Assembly: GCA_029252405.1 (NCBI GenBank)
Contig: JAQXBM010000052.1
Coordinates: forward strand, 1,156 to 65,155
DNA from: Crocinitomicaceae bacterium
GTDB taxonomy: Bacteria > Bacteroidota > Bacteroidia > Flavobacteriales_D > Crocinitomicaceae
Direction: 5' to 3'
Length of the DNA: 64,000 nucleotides
Under the pieces are notes generated by a model that saw nothing but the letters and a program-made list of their open reading frames with translations, was not told where the DNA came from and did no database searches. This document shows, piece by piece, positions 1-11,700 of this stretch. The first letter of the stretch is position 1, and each line of letters opens with the position of its first letter. A program made the position numbers and the translations under genes.

Positions 1-620
1 AGCAAAGAATAACAAGCTATCTGTGGTCAATAAGTCTCTGTATATAGAGTCCATTACTTTTGTTCCCTGGTCATCGTATTTCAACACTCTGGGCTGATAC
101 CCCCCTGATTGTAGGCAGAAAAAGTAAACTGTCCTTCGGAATCGGTTTGCAATTGTGTTAAGCAACCATAAACAAATTGATTAGAATTTATGTCCGCATT
201 CCTCACAAAAAAATTCATGCTTCCATCTAGATTAAGCTTACCAAACAGAGTTTCTGCCCGCAAGTTGGTATTACTAATTTCTGTTCCCAAAAAATAATAC
301 CCCGAATTTGTCGGGAAAATATCACTTATTACCGCGACAGAATCATCGAAAAAATAAATATTGTGGAAGGTCTATTGACCCTCCACAATTCCCACATGAC
401 ATAAAACCCATGCGATACATATATATTTCACTATCCGTCTCAAATCATTTGTTCACCACAATGCGTGTTGTATAAACTGAACCATCGCTGCATTCTGCTT
501 TTAGGAACAAGATACCCGTTTCTTTGTTTAGAATCAAAATTCGATTGGTATTTGAATGTTGTTACTTCCTTTCCCTTCTCGTTCCAAATTCTTCCCCTAC
601 CTTTGCCAAAACTCTTCAAA

Positions 621-1208
621 ATGCTCATCGAGGTAAAGGATAAAATTATTTCTACTCAGATTTTCGAACGGAAATTTGTGTGTGATTTGAGCGCGTGCAA
701 AGGCGCCTGCTGCATCGAGGGGGATTCTGGTGCTCCAGTTACGCTCGAAGAAATCGATATTCTTGAGGAAAACATCGAAGCGATAAAGCCGTATATGCGT
801 GAAGAGGGTGTTCGCGCGGTTGAGGAAAAAGGTGTGTTTTACGTCGATCAGGAAAATGACGAAGTGACGACCTTGATCAACGAAAAGGAATGCGCGTTTG
901 TGTTTTTTGATGAGCAGGGTATTACCAAATGTTCGATTGAAAAGGCGCACCAAGAAGGAAAGCTTGATTTCAAAAAACCGATTTCTTGTCACCTTTACCC
1001 AATTCGAACGAAGCAGTTTGAGGAATTTGAGGCTATCAATTATGATACTTGGGATATTTGCAAACCGGCCTGTGCCTGCGGTGATGAATTGGATGTTCCA
1101 GTGTTTCGATTTTTGAAAGAGCCTTTGATTCGTAAATATGGGGAGGAGTTTTTTGAGGAGTTGGTAGTTGTGGATCGCGAGATTCGCGAACAAAACCTCA
1201 ACGGTTAG
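621..1208 (+). CDS. DUF3109-family Cys-rich protein
   Basis: The internal ATG at 621 (MLIEVKDKII...) removes an implausible hydrophobic N-terminal extension of ORF 465..1208. The motifs CDLSACKGACCIEGDSGAP and CHLYPIR are typical of the Bacteroidota DUF3109 family. Stop codon is TAG. Confidence 0.65.
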   Translation: MLIEVKDKIISTQIFERKFVCDLSACKGACCIEGDSGAPVTLEEIDILEENIEAIKPYMREEGVRAVEEKGVFYVDQENDEVTTLINEKECAFVFFDEQGITKCSIEKAHQEGKLDFKKPISCHLYPIRTKQFEEFEAINYDTWDICKPACACGDELDVPVFRFLKEPLIRKYGEEFFEELVVVDREIREQNLNG

Positions 1209-1485
1209 TTTTTCTTGTTTCCATCGGATAAAGTCATTCAACTTTACAACTTAATTTCACTGGTGATTCGACACTTTTTCATTCATCGAAAAAAGTGTCC
1301 AAAAACGCCGTTGCGCTGATTTTTCTCTAATCTAAAACGCTTTTGAAACGCGGTATTTTCAGTGATCGCTCTCGCGCTTCTTCAAACACTAGCCCGTTTC
1401 AATTCGGTTTTCTCACTCCAAAAAATAGGCGCGTCCTTCGAGATTATCACACACATCTTTTTGACATCAAAATTTGTGAGCCAAA

Positions 1486-1890
1486 TCAAAAAACAGTCAA
1501 CACTAATTTTCGACTTCCACCATTATTTCGAAATTCACAAAGGTAAATCCCTTGCCATGTTCCTAAGTTCAATTTGCCATTGGTGATCGGCACAGAAACC
1601 GAAGATCCCACCAAAGACGATTTGATGTGCGCAGGCATGTCGTCAGAACCCTCATAAGTGTGTTTGTAGAAAGGTTCATCTTCCTGAACGAGGTGGTTGA
1701 AAGATGCTTCAAGGTCAGATTGTACTGTTGGATCAGCGTTTTCGTTAATCGTTAGCCCTGCAGATGTGTGTTGAATGAAAATGTGCAACACCCCGATTTC
1801 TGGCAAGTCGGTGTTTGAAAGAATGTAATTTGTAATCAAGTGAAAACCTCTCGAATGTGGTGGAAGGATTAGTTGTTTTTGTGTCGCCAT
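1486..1890 (-). CDS. YjbQ/UPF0047 family protein (secondary thiamine-phosphate synthase-like)
   Basis: 134 aa. The motifs HTSAGLTINENADP, DMPAHIKSSL and GTWQGIYLCEF are characteristic of UPF0047/YjbQ. Confidence 0.85.
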   Translation of the reverse strand: MATQKQLILPPHSRGFHLITNYILSNTDLPEIGVLHIFIQHTSAGLTINENADPTVQSDLEASFNHLVQEDEPFYKHTYEGSDDMPAHIKSSLVGSSVSVPITNGKLNLGTWQGIYLCEFRNNGGSRKLVLTVF

Positions 1891-1997
1891 GAAACAAAAT
1901 TACTATTAGTTATCAATTCATAACAACTTGTTAAACTTACTCTTACTCTGAATGTTTCAGTGTTTTGTTTGTTCTTTCGGGTAAAATAATTAACGCT

Positions 1998-2645
1998 ATG
2001 AAACTAAAAACACTACTGTTTTCGGCATTTATGCTGACTACATTCTTTATGTTGGCTCAAGATTGGAGCACTGATGTTTACAAGTACGGAGAACTATACC
2101 CTGGTTACATTGTCGATACAGATGGTAACAAAACGGAAGGCTTCATCAAGTACCAGAATCGATACTCACTTCAAAACAACATCCTTTTTTACACGGATAA
2201 AAACGACAAGAAAACGAAGACAAAGTACAAGTCTCAAGACTTGGCTGAATACAAAGTGGCAGACAAATTGTACCACTGCATCCACTATTCAGGAGGAGCA
2301 TTAAAAAAACCGATTCGCGGAAATCTTGTGGTTAACGAGGATTGCATCACGGAGTACGTTTGGTACGATCGCGATGAGAACTACTCGACAATGCGCAAGC
2401 AAAGCGGTGAAACGCAAGAGGAATTCTTAAATCGTCTTTACCCACCAACAACATTATTCTTGAAAGATGGTGAAGAAGAGGTAAGAACTATTGCAAGTTT
2501 CGCTTTGAAATTCTCGAAGAAAATGTCGGAATGGATTGGTGACAACCTCGATTTAGCAGGAAAAGTTGCCGCGAAGGAAAAAGGGTACAAAGTGTTGAAC
2601 CTCCTTCAAATCATTGATGAGTACAACGAATCTTGTGAGAAATAA
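1998..2645 (+). CDS. secreted hypothetical protein
   Basis: ATG at 1998 gives the signal peptide MKLKTLLFSAFMLTTFFMLAQ. No recognisable catalytic motifs. Confidence 0.55.
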   Translation: MKLKTLLFSAFMLTTFFMLAQDWSTDVYKYGELYPGYIVDTDGNKTEGFIKYQNRYSLQNNILFYTDKNDKKTKTKYKSQDLAEYKVADKLYHCIHYSGGALKKPIRGNLVVNEDCITEYVWYDRDENYSTMRKQSGETQEEFLNRLYPPTTLFLKDGEEEVRTIASFALKFSKKMSEWIGDNLDLAGKVAAKEKGYKVLNLLQIIDEYNESCEK

Positions 2646-2646
2646 G

Positions 2647-4248
2647 ATGAGAGTATTATCTGCAACACTAATGGTCCTCGCTTTGAGCATGGGCCATTTT
2701 CTTTTCGCTCAAGAACCAGTGTATAAATGGGGAGAGCCGTGTACCAATGAAAATTTAGATCGTCAGATTGAGAAGCTACTCAACCTTGGTGATGATGGTT
2801 TTGCCGTGCTAAAAAGTAAGACTGGAACGGGATTGGTGAAAACCTATTGGATCGAACAATACGATGCTACTTTGAAGCTCGTTGAAACTAACCGCGTAGA
2901 TTTTGCTGGCGGAGTGATGGGCGATTCGTACGATATTACCGACATCTACGTCGTCAATGGAAAGATTTATGCTTTCGTTGAACACTGGCACAAAGCATAC
3001 GGACACAACACCTTGTTGGTTCGAGAATTGACTGTGGATGGATCAATGACCGAAATTGCTGAATTGGACATCATCAACGCGAAGAAGATGATGAACCGCG
3101 GAAAGCACGAGGTTTCATTTTCTGAAGATGGAACAAAAATGATCGTTCTTTCTCAACTTCCAGGAGTGAAGAAGACAAACGAGAATTTCAGAATTTCATG
3201 TTTTGAAGTAGAAGGAATGAAACGTTTGTGGTCGCACGAAAAGGAAACAACATGGCCTTCAAAGTAGTACTATAATCAAGAAGTGTACGTGAACAATAAG
3301 GGCATGGCTCTTCTGTTCAAACGAACGCGTGTGAAATCGGTTTGGAACTATTCGATTTACTCCATTGGAGACAGCGGAGATCTAACGGATCATTCTGGAT
3401 TGATGCTTGAAGGGCTCGAGATGGAAGATTTCCAACTGAAATTCAACTCGAAAGATGAATTGGTTGCCTACGCGACAATTACCAACAAGGGGGCTGTTTC
3501 TGAAAAACGTGTTCATGGAAGTTGGTTTGCTAAGTTCGATGCTGACATGAAGCTTCAAACGGTTCGTCAAGGCGACTGGGACGCTTCTATTCTAACGCGC
3601 GTTGGTGGTGAGCGATTGGCAAGCAAAAAAGAACCTTATCTGAAGAACTTCACCTTGAAAGATCTCTTGTTTAGAGAAGATGGAAACATTATCGTTTTAT
3701 TGGAAGAGTTACGAAAAGAGAAAGAAGTGGTTCCTGGATCTTCGCCAATTGGATACAACTTTGAATGGAATTATGGAGGTGTGCTAACACTAGCACTAAA
3801 CCCCGAATCTGGCGAAGAAATCTGGTCTCAGTTCTTTGATAAAAAGCAAAAAACTCAAAACGGTAGAGATTGGGATGAGTATGGTTCGTTTGTCTATCAC
3901 TTGAGTGGAAATAGGCTTTTCATCCTGTGGAACGCAACAGAGTTATCAATTGCATCAATCCCTCCTGCGAACTGGACGGAGCCAGATGGAACACGTTATG
4001 TGAAACACAAAGCGTTTAATGAAAAGACTTCGCACGGTACTTTCATGCACGTTGTTGAAGCGGACGGGTCAATGGCTTACGGTAATCGCACGTTCGGTTT
4101 GCCTCTTTTCAACATGCATGACGGGGCGATATTCCCTATGAGTATGTCGGCGCGTTTCTTCTTTGAATCAAATGGTATGCTCGTGCTTCGTGCAGCAATG
4201 AACAACGGCGGAAAACGTTACCGTTATGGTTTGGTAGATTTGAAGTAA
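2647..4248 (+). pseudogene. secreted hypothetical protein (about 530 aa) interrupted by one in-frame TAG
   Basis: ORFs 2647..3267 and 3283..4248 are in the same frame (both coordinates are 1 mod 3). They are separated only by TAG at 3265-3267 plus 5 sense codons (..WPSK*YYNQEVYVNNKG..). The second part has only a GTG pseudo-start. The signal peptide MRVLSATLMVLALSMGHFLFAQ is on the first part only. Confidence 0.6.
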
Positions 4249-4268
4249 ACTCATCATAAATTCACTTG

Positions 4269-4297
4269 AAAGGAGAGCTAAAGACTCTCCTTTTTTA
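4269..4297. terminator. bidirectional rho-independent terminator between convergent genes
   Basis: Hairpin aaggagag-ctaaagac-tctcctt followed by a T-run. Confidence 0.5.
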
Positions 4298-4363
4298 GTG
4301 TATAGAAACTACCAAGCATTTTCTCCATTAAGAATGGACTTTGGGTAAGGTTCTAATTGAGAA

Positions 4364-5929
4364 TCATTCTACTACCAAACGTTCGGCAATCATCCCTGTT
4401 TCTGTTTGAATATTGATGATGTACACTCCGCTAGCCGCGTCTTGCAATGAGACATTCCAAACCAATGACCCTTCTTTCGTGAAACCGATCTCCTTTCCTG
4501 CTAAATCAAACACCTGAATCGATTTTATTTGATCGTTTGGACTTTCAATTGTGAAGATCCCATTATTCGGATTTGGATAAATTGAGATTTCCGTGTTGCT
4601 CAATTCAGGAGTACTCGCCACTCCACCAGCTTCGCAACCATTGTCAATCTCAGTATCATAAAATGTCTTCGCCCAGCCTGCCAGGTTAATCACATTTGAT
4701 GCATTCTCCAGATGATTCCCGCCTTCAGAAAAAACAATTGCATAACTCTGCAGCAGTGTGTCTCCTGAATTGAATGATTGAACTTTCGTTGTATTTAAGC
4801 CTCGTCGGTCTCCTGTGACATACCCTGCTGACGTTTCGTTCCATTGAGTTGGGTCATTTGGATCTCCATACACCAAAAATGTGGTAATGTCTCCATTTGG
4901 GTCAACAAGTGGAGCACCGTTCGGTTGAAGTCCATTGAGTAAATACCATGCTTGGGCAGCCGTCGAAGGAGCAAATCCATACGACATGATACTGGTACTC
5001 GGAAGTTCGAGCGCTGTTATACCAATTGCCGGTGGATTATCAAGATAACCTCCCCCATCTAAGTTGTCAGAATTGTAAAAAATCATGGTATTCGTCGTTG
5101 AATCTGACCCGAAATAATCATCCGAAGCATCGCCTAAATCAGCATCCGCCATAAAGCTACATGCAAACTCGGGATAGTTCTGTGTCCCTCTGTTGATTAC
5201 CATTACATCCACGAAAGTCGTATTGTACAAATCGGTATTCGCACCAAATTGGTAAAACAGGTAGTGCATCTCTATTCCAATAGGATCGGACCCCGATACA
5301 GTGTGAGGGTTTCCCTGGTCATTTTGAATCATATATGTTGCACAACACCCTTTGATTAACGGATAATCTCCTCCTATCGGATCGTACACCCCATCCCCAT
5401 TTCGATCAAAAAACGGTGCCAATTGAGCAGCCTGACCAATTGCTGGGTTTCCATTTCCCGGCCAATCATAAATGGAGTTTAAAACGTCACTTGACGGTTG
5501 CATCACAGTTGAGCAACCTGGATCCCCAGGCCCATTTGAACATTCCCACCATAAGACGAAATTATCAATCTCCTCCTGACAAAGTGTGATCATATACGTT
5601 CGGTCATAATCAGGGTTGGTATATGAGTTCGTGGAAGAGAAAGGCCCTTGATCAACGTCTGTTCCTTGATTATTTCCTCCGATTGAGGTGTGCAACATAC
5701 CGTTGATCTCTTGTGCTCCAAACCAAAATTGACTTGCATAAATAGCATCAACTCCTCCTCCTTTGGGTATTTCATAACCCGCACTGCCGTTTGAAGGACT
5801 CGTGAAAAAGCTGCCTGAATTGCTAATTGTAGTTGCCGCATTGTTGTGATCCAGTTCTTGTTCTGTGAGCTGGCCTAGTGCGCTAATCGATAAAAGGGTG
5901 AATAGGATGATTGGTATAATTGCCTTCAT
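4364..5929 (-). CDS. T9SS type A sorting-domain secreted protein
   Basis: N-terminal signal peptide. The C-terminus (ISIYPNPNNGIFTIE...SGVYIINIQTETG...RLVVE) is a Por/T9SS C-terminal domain. Confidence 0.8.
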   Translation of the reverse strand: MKAIIPIILFTLLSISALGQLTEQELDHNNAATTISNSGSFFTSPSNGSAGYEIPKGGGVDAIYASQFWFGAQEINGMLHTSIGGNNQGTDVDQGPFSSTNSYTNPDYDRTYMITLCQEEIDNFVLWWECSNGPGDPGCSTVMQPSSDVLNSIYDWPGNGNPAIGQAAQLAPFFDRNGDGVYDPIGGDYPLIKGCCATYMIQNDQGNPHTVSGSDPIGIEMHYLFYQFGANTDLYNTTFVDVMVINRGTQNYPEFACSFMADADLGDASDDYFGSDSTTNTMIFYNSDNLDGGGYLDNPPAIGITALELPSTSIMSYGFAPSTAAQAWYLLNGLQPNGAPLVDPNGDITTFLVYGDPNDPTQWNETSAGYVTGDRRGLNTTKVQSFNSGDTLLQSYAIVFSEGGNHLENASNVINLAGWAKTFYDTEIDNGCEAGGVASTPELSNTEISIYPNPNNGIFTIESPNDQIKSIQVFDLAGKEIGFTKEGSLVWNVSLQDAASGVYIINIQTETGMIAERLVVE

Positions 5930-6067
5930 AAAAAATTGTTTCCAGTCAAGCTAAACATTCGTTTCGGAGGTGCAAAGCGGAACGTGTGCTCGTTGAGTCG
6001 TTGGTAAGGTCGATTGACTAAAGTGTGAATTGAACCCACGGATTGATGGCTGGAGCTACTCCCCGTT

Positions 6068-9022
6068 TTATCTCAACAGGGAAATATGACCTGTATATTC
6101 GTGCGTTTCTCCGTTTTCATCTACGACAGTAGCGACGTAAACTAACACACCATCTTGAATGTAGTTCCCGTTGTACGTTCCGTCCCATGAGAAATTGGGG
6201 TCTTGAGATTCAAAAATCAACTCTCCCCAGCGATCAAAAATTTTAAAGTCAAACGATACAGCCCCAATCACTGAAATGGAATAGGCATTGTTGAACTCAT
6301 TTCCATCTGGAGTGAAGGTATTGGGAGCATAGAACCAATATTCGTGTAAAATGGTCATCGGTTTCGAGATCGTGTCGACACAGCCCATTTCATTGGTTGC
6401 GATAAGCGTTACAAGATATGTTCCTGCGGTTTCATAGGTCGTTCCAGGTGAAAAAAGTGTGGAATATTCTCCATTTCCTAAATCCCAATCCCAGATAACT
6501 CCACCCACAGAATTGTTCTCAAAATAGACCGGCAATCCTTCAACTGTTGTGGTCGAAAGAAAAGAGAAATCTGCAATCGGTTGAACAATCTCAACAAAAG
6601 GATAACCTTCTACTGTGTATGTGTTGCAAGCATCAGAGACGGATACCGTGTATGTTGTCGAATAACCAGGAGCGACAGTAACCGAAGAACTTGTTTCGCC
6701 CGAATGATTCCAGTAATAGTTAAAAGGAGGTAATCCTCCTGAAACCTGACACCAAAGCTCCGTTTCCTCAAAAGGACAAACGAGACGGTCTTCGTTAACT
6801 TCGAGATCCATTAATGGGGTTGTGACGGTAATCCTCACTGTGTCAAAGTTTGAAACGCCACAATTATCAACCACCTCAACGATGTAGTCTGTTGTTGAAG
6901 GAGGAGCTGTACTTATCGTGTTCCCTATGCCAATTTCGACCCCGTTAGCATTCCATGTGTAAGAATAATCTGGGTTTCCTCCAATGGCTTCCACAACAAG
7001 GGTTGTTGGCGTATATGGACATAATACAGTTTGGTCTATTCCAGCAAAAACGAACAAAGGGTTGTCTGGTACTACAACCGTTGCTGTGGCATCAACATTT
7101 GACTGAGTACAGGCATCTGTAACGGTTACCGTATAACTTTCAGTGGAGAATGGGGCAACGGTTATACTTTCAGTCGTATCTCCAGTTGACCAGACAAATG
7201 AGTAGGGAGAAAGTCCTCCATCGACCATAGGTGTTAATGTAAGTTCTTCACCTGGACACACAACATTCGCATCGCTAAGACTCACTGAAGGTTCGCTGAC
7301 GTCGAAAATCTCGAAGGTAATTTCATCTTCCAAACAGTAATTTCCTGCCACACTTAATGTGATTGTAACCGTTTCTGAACCTTCGAGAATGTTGTCGAAT
7401 AGTGCGTCCACATTAAAGATTGCTTGCGTTTGTCCTGCTGCAAGTGTCACCTGATTGGGCACCGATGTGTAATCTACTCCTTCCTGAGCGGTTCCGGATG
7501 TGCTCAGGTTGATCGTGACAGGATCGTTAGCGTAAATACTCAATCTTTCTATACTGATTAATGCCGTGCCGCAGCCCTCAGCAATATCACCTGTTGATTG
7601 CACCCCATTATTGATGTAAGATGCATTCAAATTAACTTCTTTTGAAAAGCCCGAAAAGTACCCAGCTGCGCCAATATTTGTGCTTCTGTTGATTAGCGAA
7701 ACGCGCACGGGAAGTGTGGAAACAATATTCACATCTCCTGCATAGCCGGAAATCGAATAGGTCACGTAATCTGATGTTCCCGGAATGGCTGATGCCCCGG
7801 TCAATTGATTTCCATTTGCAGTTATGACGGCGCCAGCATCTGCTACGATGTTGATGTATGCCTGACCGAGGAATGAAACATCGGGTAAGGTGACAGCTTT
7901 TTCTCCTGTACATTTAACAGGGGGAATGAAGTTCATTCCTGCATGACGCTCGTTATCTGCGGAGGTGCCACTTTCTCCATTGGTTGATTGTGTAACATAA
8001 ACCGGAGCTGACGAAGTAAGATACAAGTTTCCATTGCCTGAAAAACTGGTTCCCTCGATCACGTGGAAATCCCCCGCTTGAAGAGTTGCAACCAAAGTTG
8101 TTCCATTGATAAAGACGTCTGTGTTATCTTGCGACGCAACCACAATTGTTCGTTCGTTATCAATACCAAAACCTTTGATGAGGACATATTCGTCACCGAT
8201 TACGTCAATCGGAACAATTTGATCAATCCCAATATCTCTTCCTGTTTCTATAGGGCCGTTGGGAGATGTGCCATATATCGCGTTTCCTCCCAACCACGAT
8301 CCGCAGTTCACGACAATATCTTTATTGGAAGTAATGTGTGTACCATTCAATCCATTCGTGTTATTGCTCGCTCCCGATTGATCCATATATGCTGATGCGA
8401 CATAACTATCTCCTGCATTCAACTGAACGTTAAATGTTGTTGTACCTGGGGCAACACCATTCAAAACAACACCCGGTTTAATGTTGGATACCGTCACTGT
8501 CGTGTTGTCTTCTGTAGCCATGAAACTGAAACTGCTGCTTTTCACACTGCTTAAACCAGCATTGTTGTACAAGTGACCAACGCGAAAATCGGTTCCGGTC
8601 GCGGCGTCTTGTCCTTTTGATGTGAGCGAAGCTGCTTGGTTTGAAACTTTAACCCTGATGTTAGCATAAAATGGTTGTGGCGCTGTTAGTATGAGTCCTT
8701 TTCCGCTTCCATTGGTCAATGGTAAATTCAACAGACCTTGATCCACCAAGAAAGGTGAAGAATATCCACTTCCTATGTTTGTTGTGTTTGAGGCTCCATT
8801 CGAAATCGGGATTGTTGTAATTACATTACCCGAGCCATCTTGTACGGTTACGTTAAACGATGTTGTTACGGGTGTTCCCAATACCAAATAATGTGTTCCT
8901 GCAAGGTCTCTGGCGTGAAGTGGTGGGATATAGTGTTTGGTGTCCAGCTGCGCCATTGCATTTACTGAAAACAGTAGAACAAGTAGAACGATGCAATATG
9001 AACGATTTTTATATCCTGGCAT
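6068..9022 (-). CDS. large adhesin-like protein with Calx-beta, PKD-like repeats and a gliding-motility-associated C-terminal (T9SS type B, CHU_C) domain
   Basis: 984 aa with a signal peptide. A Calx-beta-like segment is present (GTAQEGVDYTSVP..AGQTQAIFNVDA..DNILEGSETVTITL). The tail (YAPNTFTPDGNEFNN...FKIFDRWGELIFES...WDGTYNG...) is a typical CHU_C domain. Confidence 0.85.
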   Translation of the reverse strand: MPGYKNRSYCIVLLVLLFSVNAMAQLDTKHYIPPLHARDLAGTHYLVLGTPVTTSFNVTVQDGSGNVITTIPISNGASNTTNIGSGYSSPFLVDQGLLNLPLTNGSGKGLILTAPQPFYANIRVKVSNQAASLTSKGQDAATGTDFRVGHLYNNAGLSSVKSSSFSFMATEDNTTVTVSNIKPGVVLNGVAPGTTTFNVQLNAGDSYVASAYMDQSGASNNTNGLNGTHITSNKDIVVNCGSWLGGNAIYGTSPNGPIETGRDIGIDQIVPIDVIGDEYVLIKGFGIDNERTIVVASQDNTDVFINGTTLVATLQAGDFHVIEGTSFSGNGNLYLTSSAPVYVTQSTNGESGTSADNERHAGMNFIPPVKCTGEKAVTLPDVSFLGQAYINIVADAGAVITANGNQLTGASAIPGTSDYVTYSISGYAGDVNIVSTLPVRVSLINRSTNIGAAGYFSGFSKEVNLNASYINNGVQSTGDIAEGCGTALISIERLSIYANDPVTINLSTSGTAQEGVDYTSVPNQVTLAAGQTQAIFNVDALFDNILEGSETVTITLSVAGNYCLEDEITFEIFDVSEPSVSLSDANVVCPGEELTLTPMVDGGLSPYSFVWSTGDTTESITVAPFSTESYTVTVTDACTQSNVDATATVVVPDNPLFVFAGIDQTVLCPYTPTTLVVEAIGGNPDYSYTWNANGVEIGIGNTISTAPPSTTDYIVEVVDNCGVSNFDTVRITVTTPLMDLEVNEDRLVCPFEETELWCQVSGGLPPFNYYWNHSGETSSSVTVAPGYSTTYTVSVSDACNTYTVEGYPFVEIVQPIADFSFLSTTTVEGLPVYFENNSVGGVIWDWDLGNGEYSTLFSPGTTYETAGTYLVTLIATNEMGCVDTISKPMTILHEYWFYAPNTFTPDGNEFNNAYSISVIGAVSFDFKIFDRWGELIFESQDPNFSWDGTYNGNYIQDGVLVYVATVVDENGETHEYTGHISLLR

Positions 9023-9242
9023 ACAACCAAAAAATACTTCATTATTCTTTTAGTGACAAACTACATCCACAGTGGGTAAGTTAGCTTCTTTTATTAGACC
9101 GAGCAAAGAGGAAAAGGTTTAATCAGCAATTATATGAGGATAAACCACTTCTGTTGCTTGAAGGTGCTGCGATATCATTTTGTGGCTAAAACACTGGAAA
9201 ACTTGCGGTTGGTCCTTTTCGTAGGTAAACAATGTTAAAATC

Positions 9243-9275
9243 AAAAAAGCCCGAGTCGACACTCGGGCTTTTTTT
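9243..9275. terminator. rho-independent terminator downstream of nrdA
   Basis: Perfect hairpin gcccgagt-cgac-actcgggc flanked by A-run and T-run, so it could act in both directions. Confidence 0.7.
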
Positions 9276-9342
9276 GTTGTATTACTTCGAATGGCACTAT
9301 TCTCTGTGATACAGGTTTTATTTGTTGTTGTTTGTTGCTCTT

Positions 9343-11700
9343 TTAGCTTCCGCACGCTTCGCAATCGTCACCATTGTCGATCGCACACGCTTCTGCCTCT
9401 GCTTCTTCCAATGATTTAGCTGTAGGTGCTGCCACAACTTCTTTCTCGATCGTGAATTTGATCGCGTCTGTCGCTGCTTTAGTACGCAAGTAGTACATTC
9501 CAGTCTTCAATCCTTTTTCCCATCCGTAGAAGTGCATCGACGTCAGTTTCCCGAAGTTTGCGTTCTCCATGAAGATGTTCAACGATTGTGATTGACAAAT
9601 GTATGCTCCACGATCTGCTGCTTGCTCAATGATTGATTTCTGTGAAATCTCCCAAGCTGTTTTGTACAAATCTTTCAAGTTCTGAGGAACTTCGTTGATG
9701 TTTTGTACCGATCCGTTCGCTGCCATGATCTTCGTACGCATTTCTTTCGTCCATAATCCTTCGCGAACCAAGTCTTTCAATAAGTGCTTGTTTACTACGA
9801 TGAACTCTCCAGACAATACACGACGCGTATAAACATTTGATGTATAAGGCTCGAAACACTCGTTGTTACCAAGGATTTGAGCTGTAGAAGCAGTTGGCAT
9901 TGGCGCTAATAACAATGAGTTACGCACACCGTGCTCTTTCACTTCTTCTTTCAACACATCCCACTCCCAACGATCCGTTGGAGTAACATCCCACATATCG
10001 AATTGGAATCTTCCTTCTGATACAGGAGAACCTTTGAACGTTTCGTATGGTCCTTCTACTTTCGCTACATCTTTCGACGCTGTCATTGACGCGTAGTAAA
10101 TTGTTTCGAAAATCTCTCTGTTCAATGCTTTCGCTTCTTCCGACTCAAATGGGAAGCCCATCATGATGAAGGTGTCTGCCAACCCTTGAACTCCAAGACC
10201 GATTGGACGGTGACGCATGTTTGAGTTACGCGCTTCCTCTACTGGATAGTAGTTTCCATCGATAATTTTGTTCAAATTCAATGTTGCTTGGTATGTTACA
10301 TCGAATAAGCGTTGATGATCAAACGATTTATCGTCTTTTACATACTTCGGCAATGCCAATGAAGCCAAGTTACATACCGCTACCTCATCTGGAGCAGTGT
10401 ACTCGATGATTTCTGTACACAAGTTTGAAGACTTAATTGTACCCAAGTTCTGTTGGTTCGATTTCGCATTCGCGGCATCTTTGTACAACATGTATGGTGT
10501 TCCCGTCTCAATTTGCGATTCCAAAATCTTGAACCACAAGTCTTGCGCTTTGATTGTTTTTCTTCCTTTTCCTTCCGCTTCGTACTTCGTGTACAATGCT
10601 TCGAATTCTGCACTGTGCGTATCAGAAAGTCCTGGGCACTCGTGAGGACACATCAATGTCCAATCGCCGTTTTCTTTCACACGCTTCATGAATAAATCTG
10701 GAACCCACAATGCGTAGAATAAATCTCTTGCACGTTGCTCTTCTTTACCGTGATTCTTTTTCAAATCCAAGAAATCGAATACGTCTGCGTGCCATGGCTC
10801 GATGTAAATAGCGAAAGATCCTTTTCGTTTTCCTCCACCTTGATCAACGTAACGCGCTGTATCGTTGAATACGCGAAGCATTGGCACAATTCCGTTCGAT
10901 TCTCCGTTTGTTCCTTTGATGTACGATCCTTTTGCACGAATATCGTGAATAGACAATCCGATTCCACCAGCCGATTGTGAAATTTGCGCACATGATTTCA
11001 ATGTGTCATAAATTCCACCGATGCTATCTTCTTTCATTGTCAACAAGAAGCAAGACGACATTTGTGGTTTTGGTGTTCCTGAGTTGAATAATGTTGGTGT
11101 CGCATGTGTGAACCAACCTTCAGACATCAAGTTGTATGTTTTGATGGCTGCGTCGATATCCGTTTTGTGGATCCCTACAGAAACACGCATCAACATGTGT
11201 TGTGGACGTTCAACGATGCTACCTTCTAATTTCATCAAGTAAGAACGCGTCAATGTTTTGAATCCGAAGTAATCGTAACGGAAATCGCGATCGTAAATAA
11301 TGCTTGAATCCAAACGTTCTTTGTTCGCTTGAATAATTTCATATACATCATCCGCAATAAGAGAAGCGTTTTCTCCTGTTTTTGGATCGATGTATTCGTA
11401 CATGTCTGTAACTACATCAGACCATGACTTCTTTGTTTCTTTGTGCAAGTTTGATACTGCGATGCGAGATGCAAGCAAAGCATAATCTGGGTGATCAATT
11501 GTTTTTGCTGCTGCAACCTCTGCCGCAAGGTTATCCAATTGAGTTGTTGTCACTCCGTCGAATAATCCTTCGATAACTTTCATTGCAACTGCCTCTGGAG
11601 ACACCAATGGGTGCAATCCATAACACATCTTGGCGATGCGCGCCGTGATTTTATCAAATTTTACTGCTTCTTTTCTTCCGTCTCTTTTTACAACATACAT
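9343..11700 (-). CDS. nrdA: ribonucleoside-diphosphate reductase, alpha subunit (class Ia)
   Basis: 785 aa. N-terminal ATP-cone ([20 protein letters not shown]), catalytic-core motifs ([26 protein letters not shown]) and a C-terminal CxxC tail (CEACGS). Confidence 0.95.
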   Translation of the reverse strand: MYVVKRDGRKEAVKFDKITARIAKMCYGLHPLVSPEAVAMKVIEGLFDGVTTTQLDNLAAEVAAAKTIDHPDYALLASRIAVSNLHKETKKSWSDVVTDMYEYIDPKTGENASLIADDVYEIIQANKERLDSSIIYDRDFRYDYFGFKTLTRSYLMKLEGSIVERPQHMLMRVSVGIHKTDIDAAIKTYNLMSEGWFTHATPTLFNSGTPKPQMSSCFLLTMKEDSIGGIYDTLKSCAQISQSAGGIGLSIHDIRAKGSYIKGTNGESNGIVPMLRVFNDTARYVDQGGGKRKGSFAIYIEPWHADVFDFLDLKKNHGKEEQRARDLFYALWVPDLFMKRVKENGDWTLMCPHECPGLSDTHSAEFEALYTKYEAEGKGRKTIKAQDLWFKILESQIETGTPYMLYKDAANAKSNQQNLGTIKSSNLCTEIIEYTAPDEVAVCNLASLALPKYVKDDKSFDHQRLFDVTYQATLNLNKIIDGNYYPVEEARNSNMRHRPIGLGVQGLADTFIMMGFPFESEEAKALNREIFETIYYASMTASKDVAKVEGPYETFKGSPVSEGRFQFDMWDVTPTDRWEWDVLKEEVKEHGVRNSLLLAPMPTASTAQILGNNECFEPYTSNVYTRRVLSGEFIVVNKHLLKDLVREGLWTKEMRTKIMAANGSVQNINEVPQNLKDLYKTAWEISQKSIIEQAADRGAYICQSQSLNIFMENANFGKLTSMHFYGWEKGLKTGMYYLRTKAATDAIKFTIEKEVVAAPTAKSLEEAEAEACAIDNGDDCEACGS

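Noticed and set aside
81-290. Minus-strand ORF (69 aa in the track, open for about 97 codons up to a TAG near 375).
   Set aside because: It has no ATG or credible start, no recognisable motif, and it sits at the window edge. It may be a remnant of a decayed gene, but I cannot support a call.
9626-11242. Multiple 70-80-aa ORFs on both strands inside nrdA, with similar antisense or out-of-frame ORFs inside the lodA-like gene, uvrA-like gene, rtcB and others.
   Set aside because: They are entirely embedded in strongly supported longer genes and have no independent signals. They are frame-shadow ORFs.
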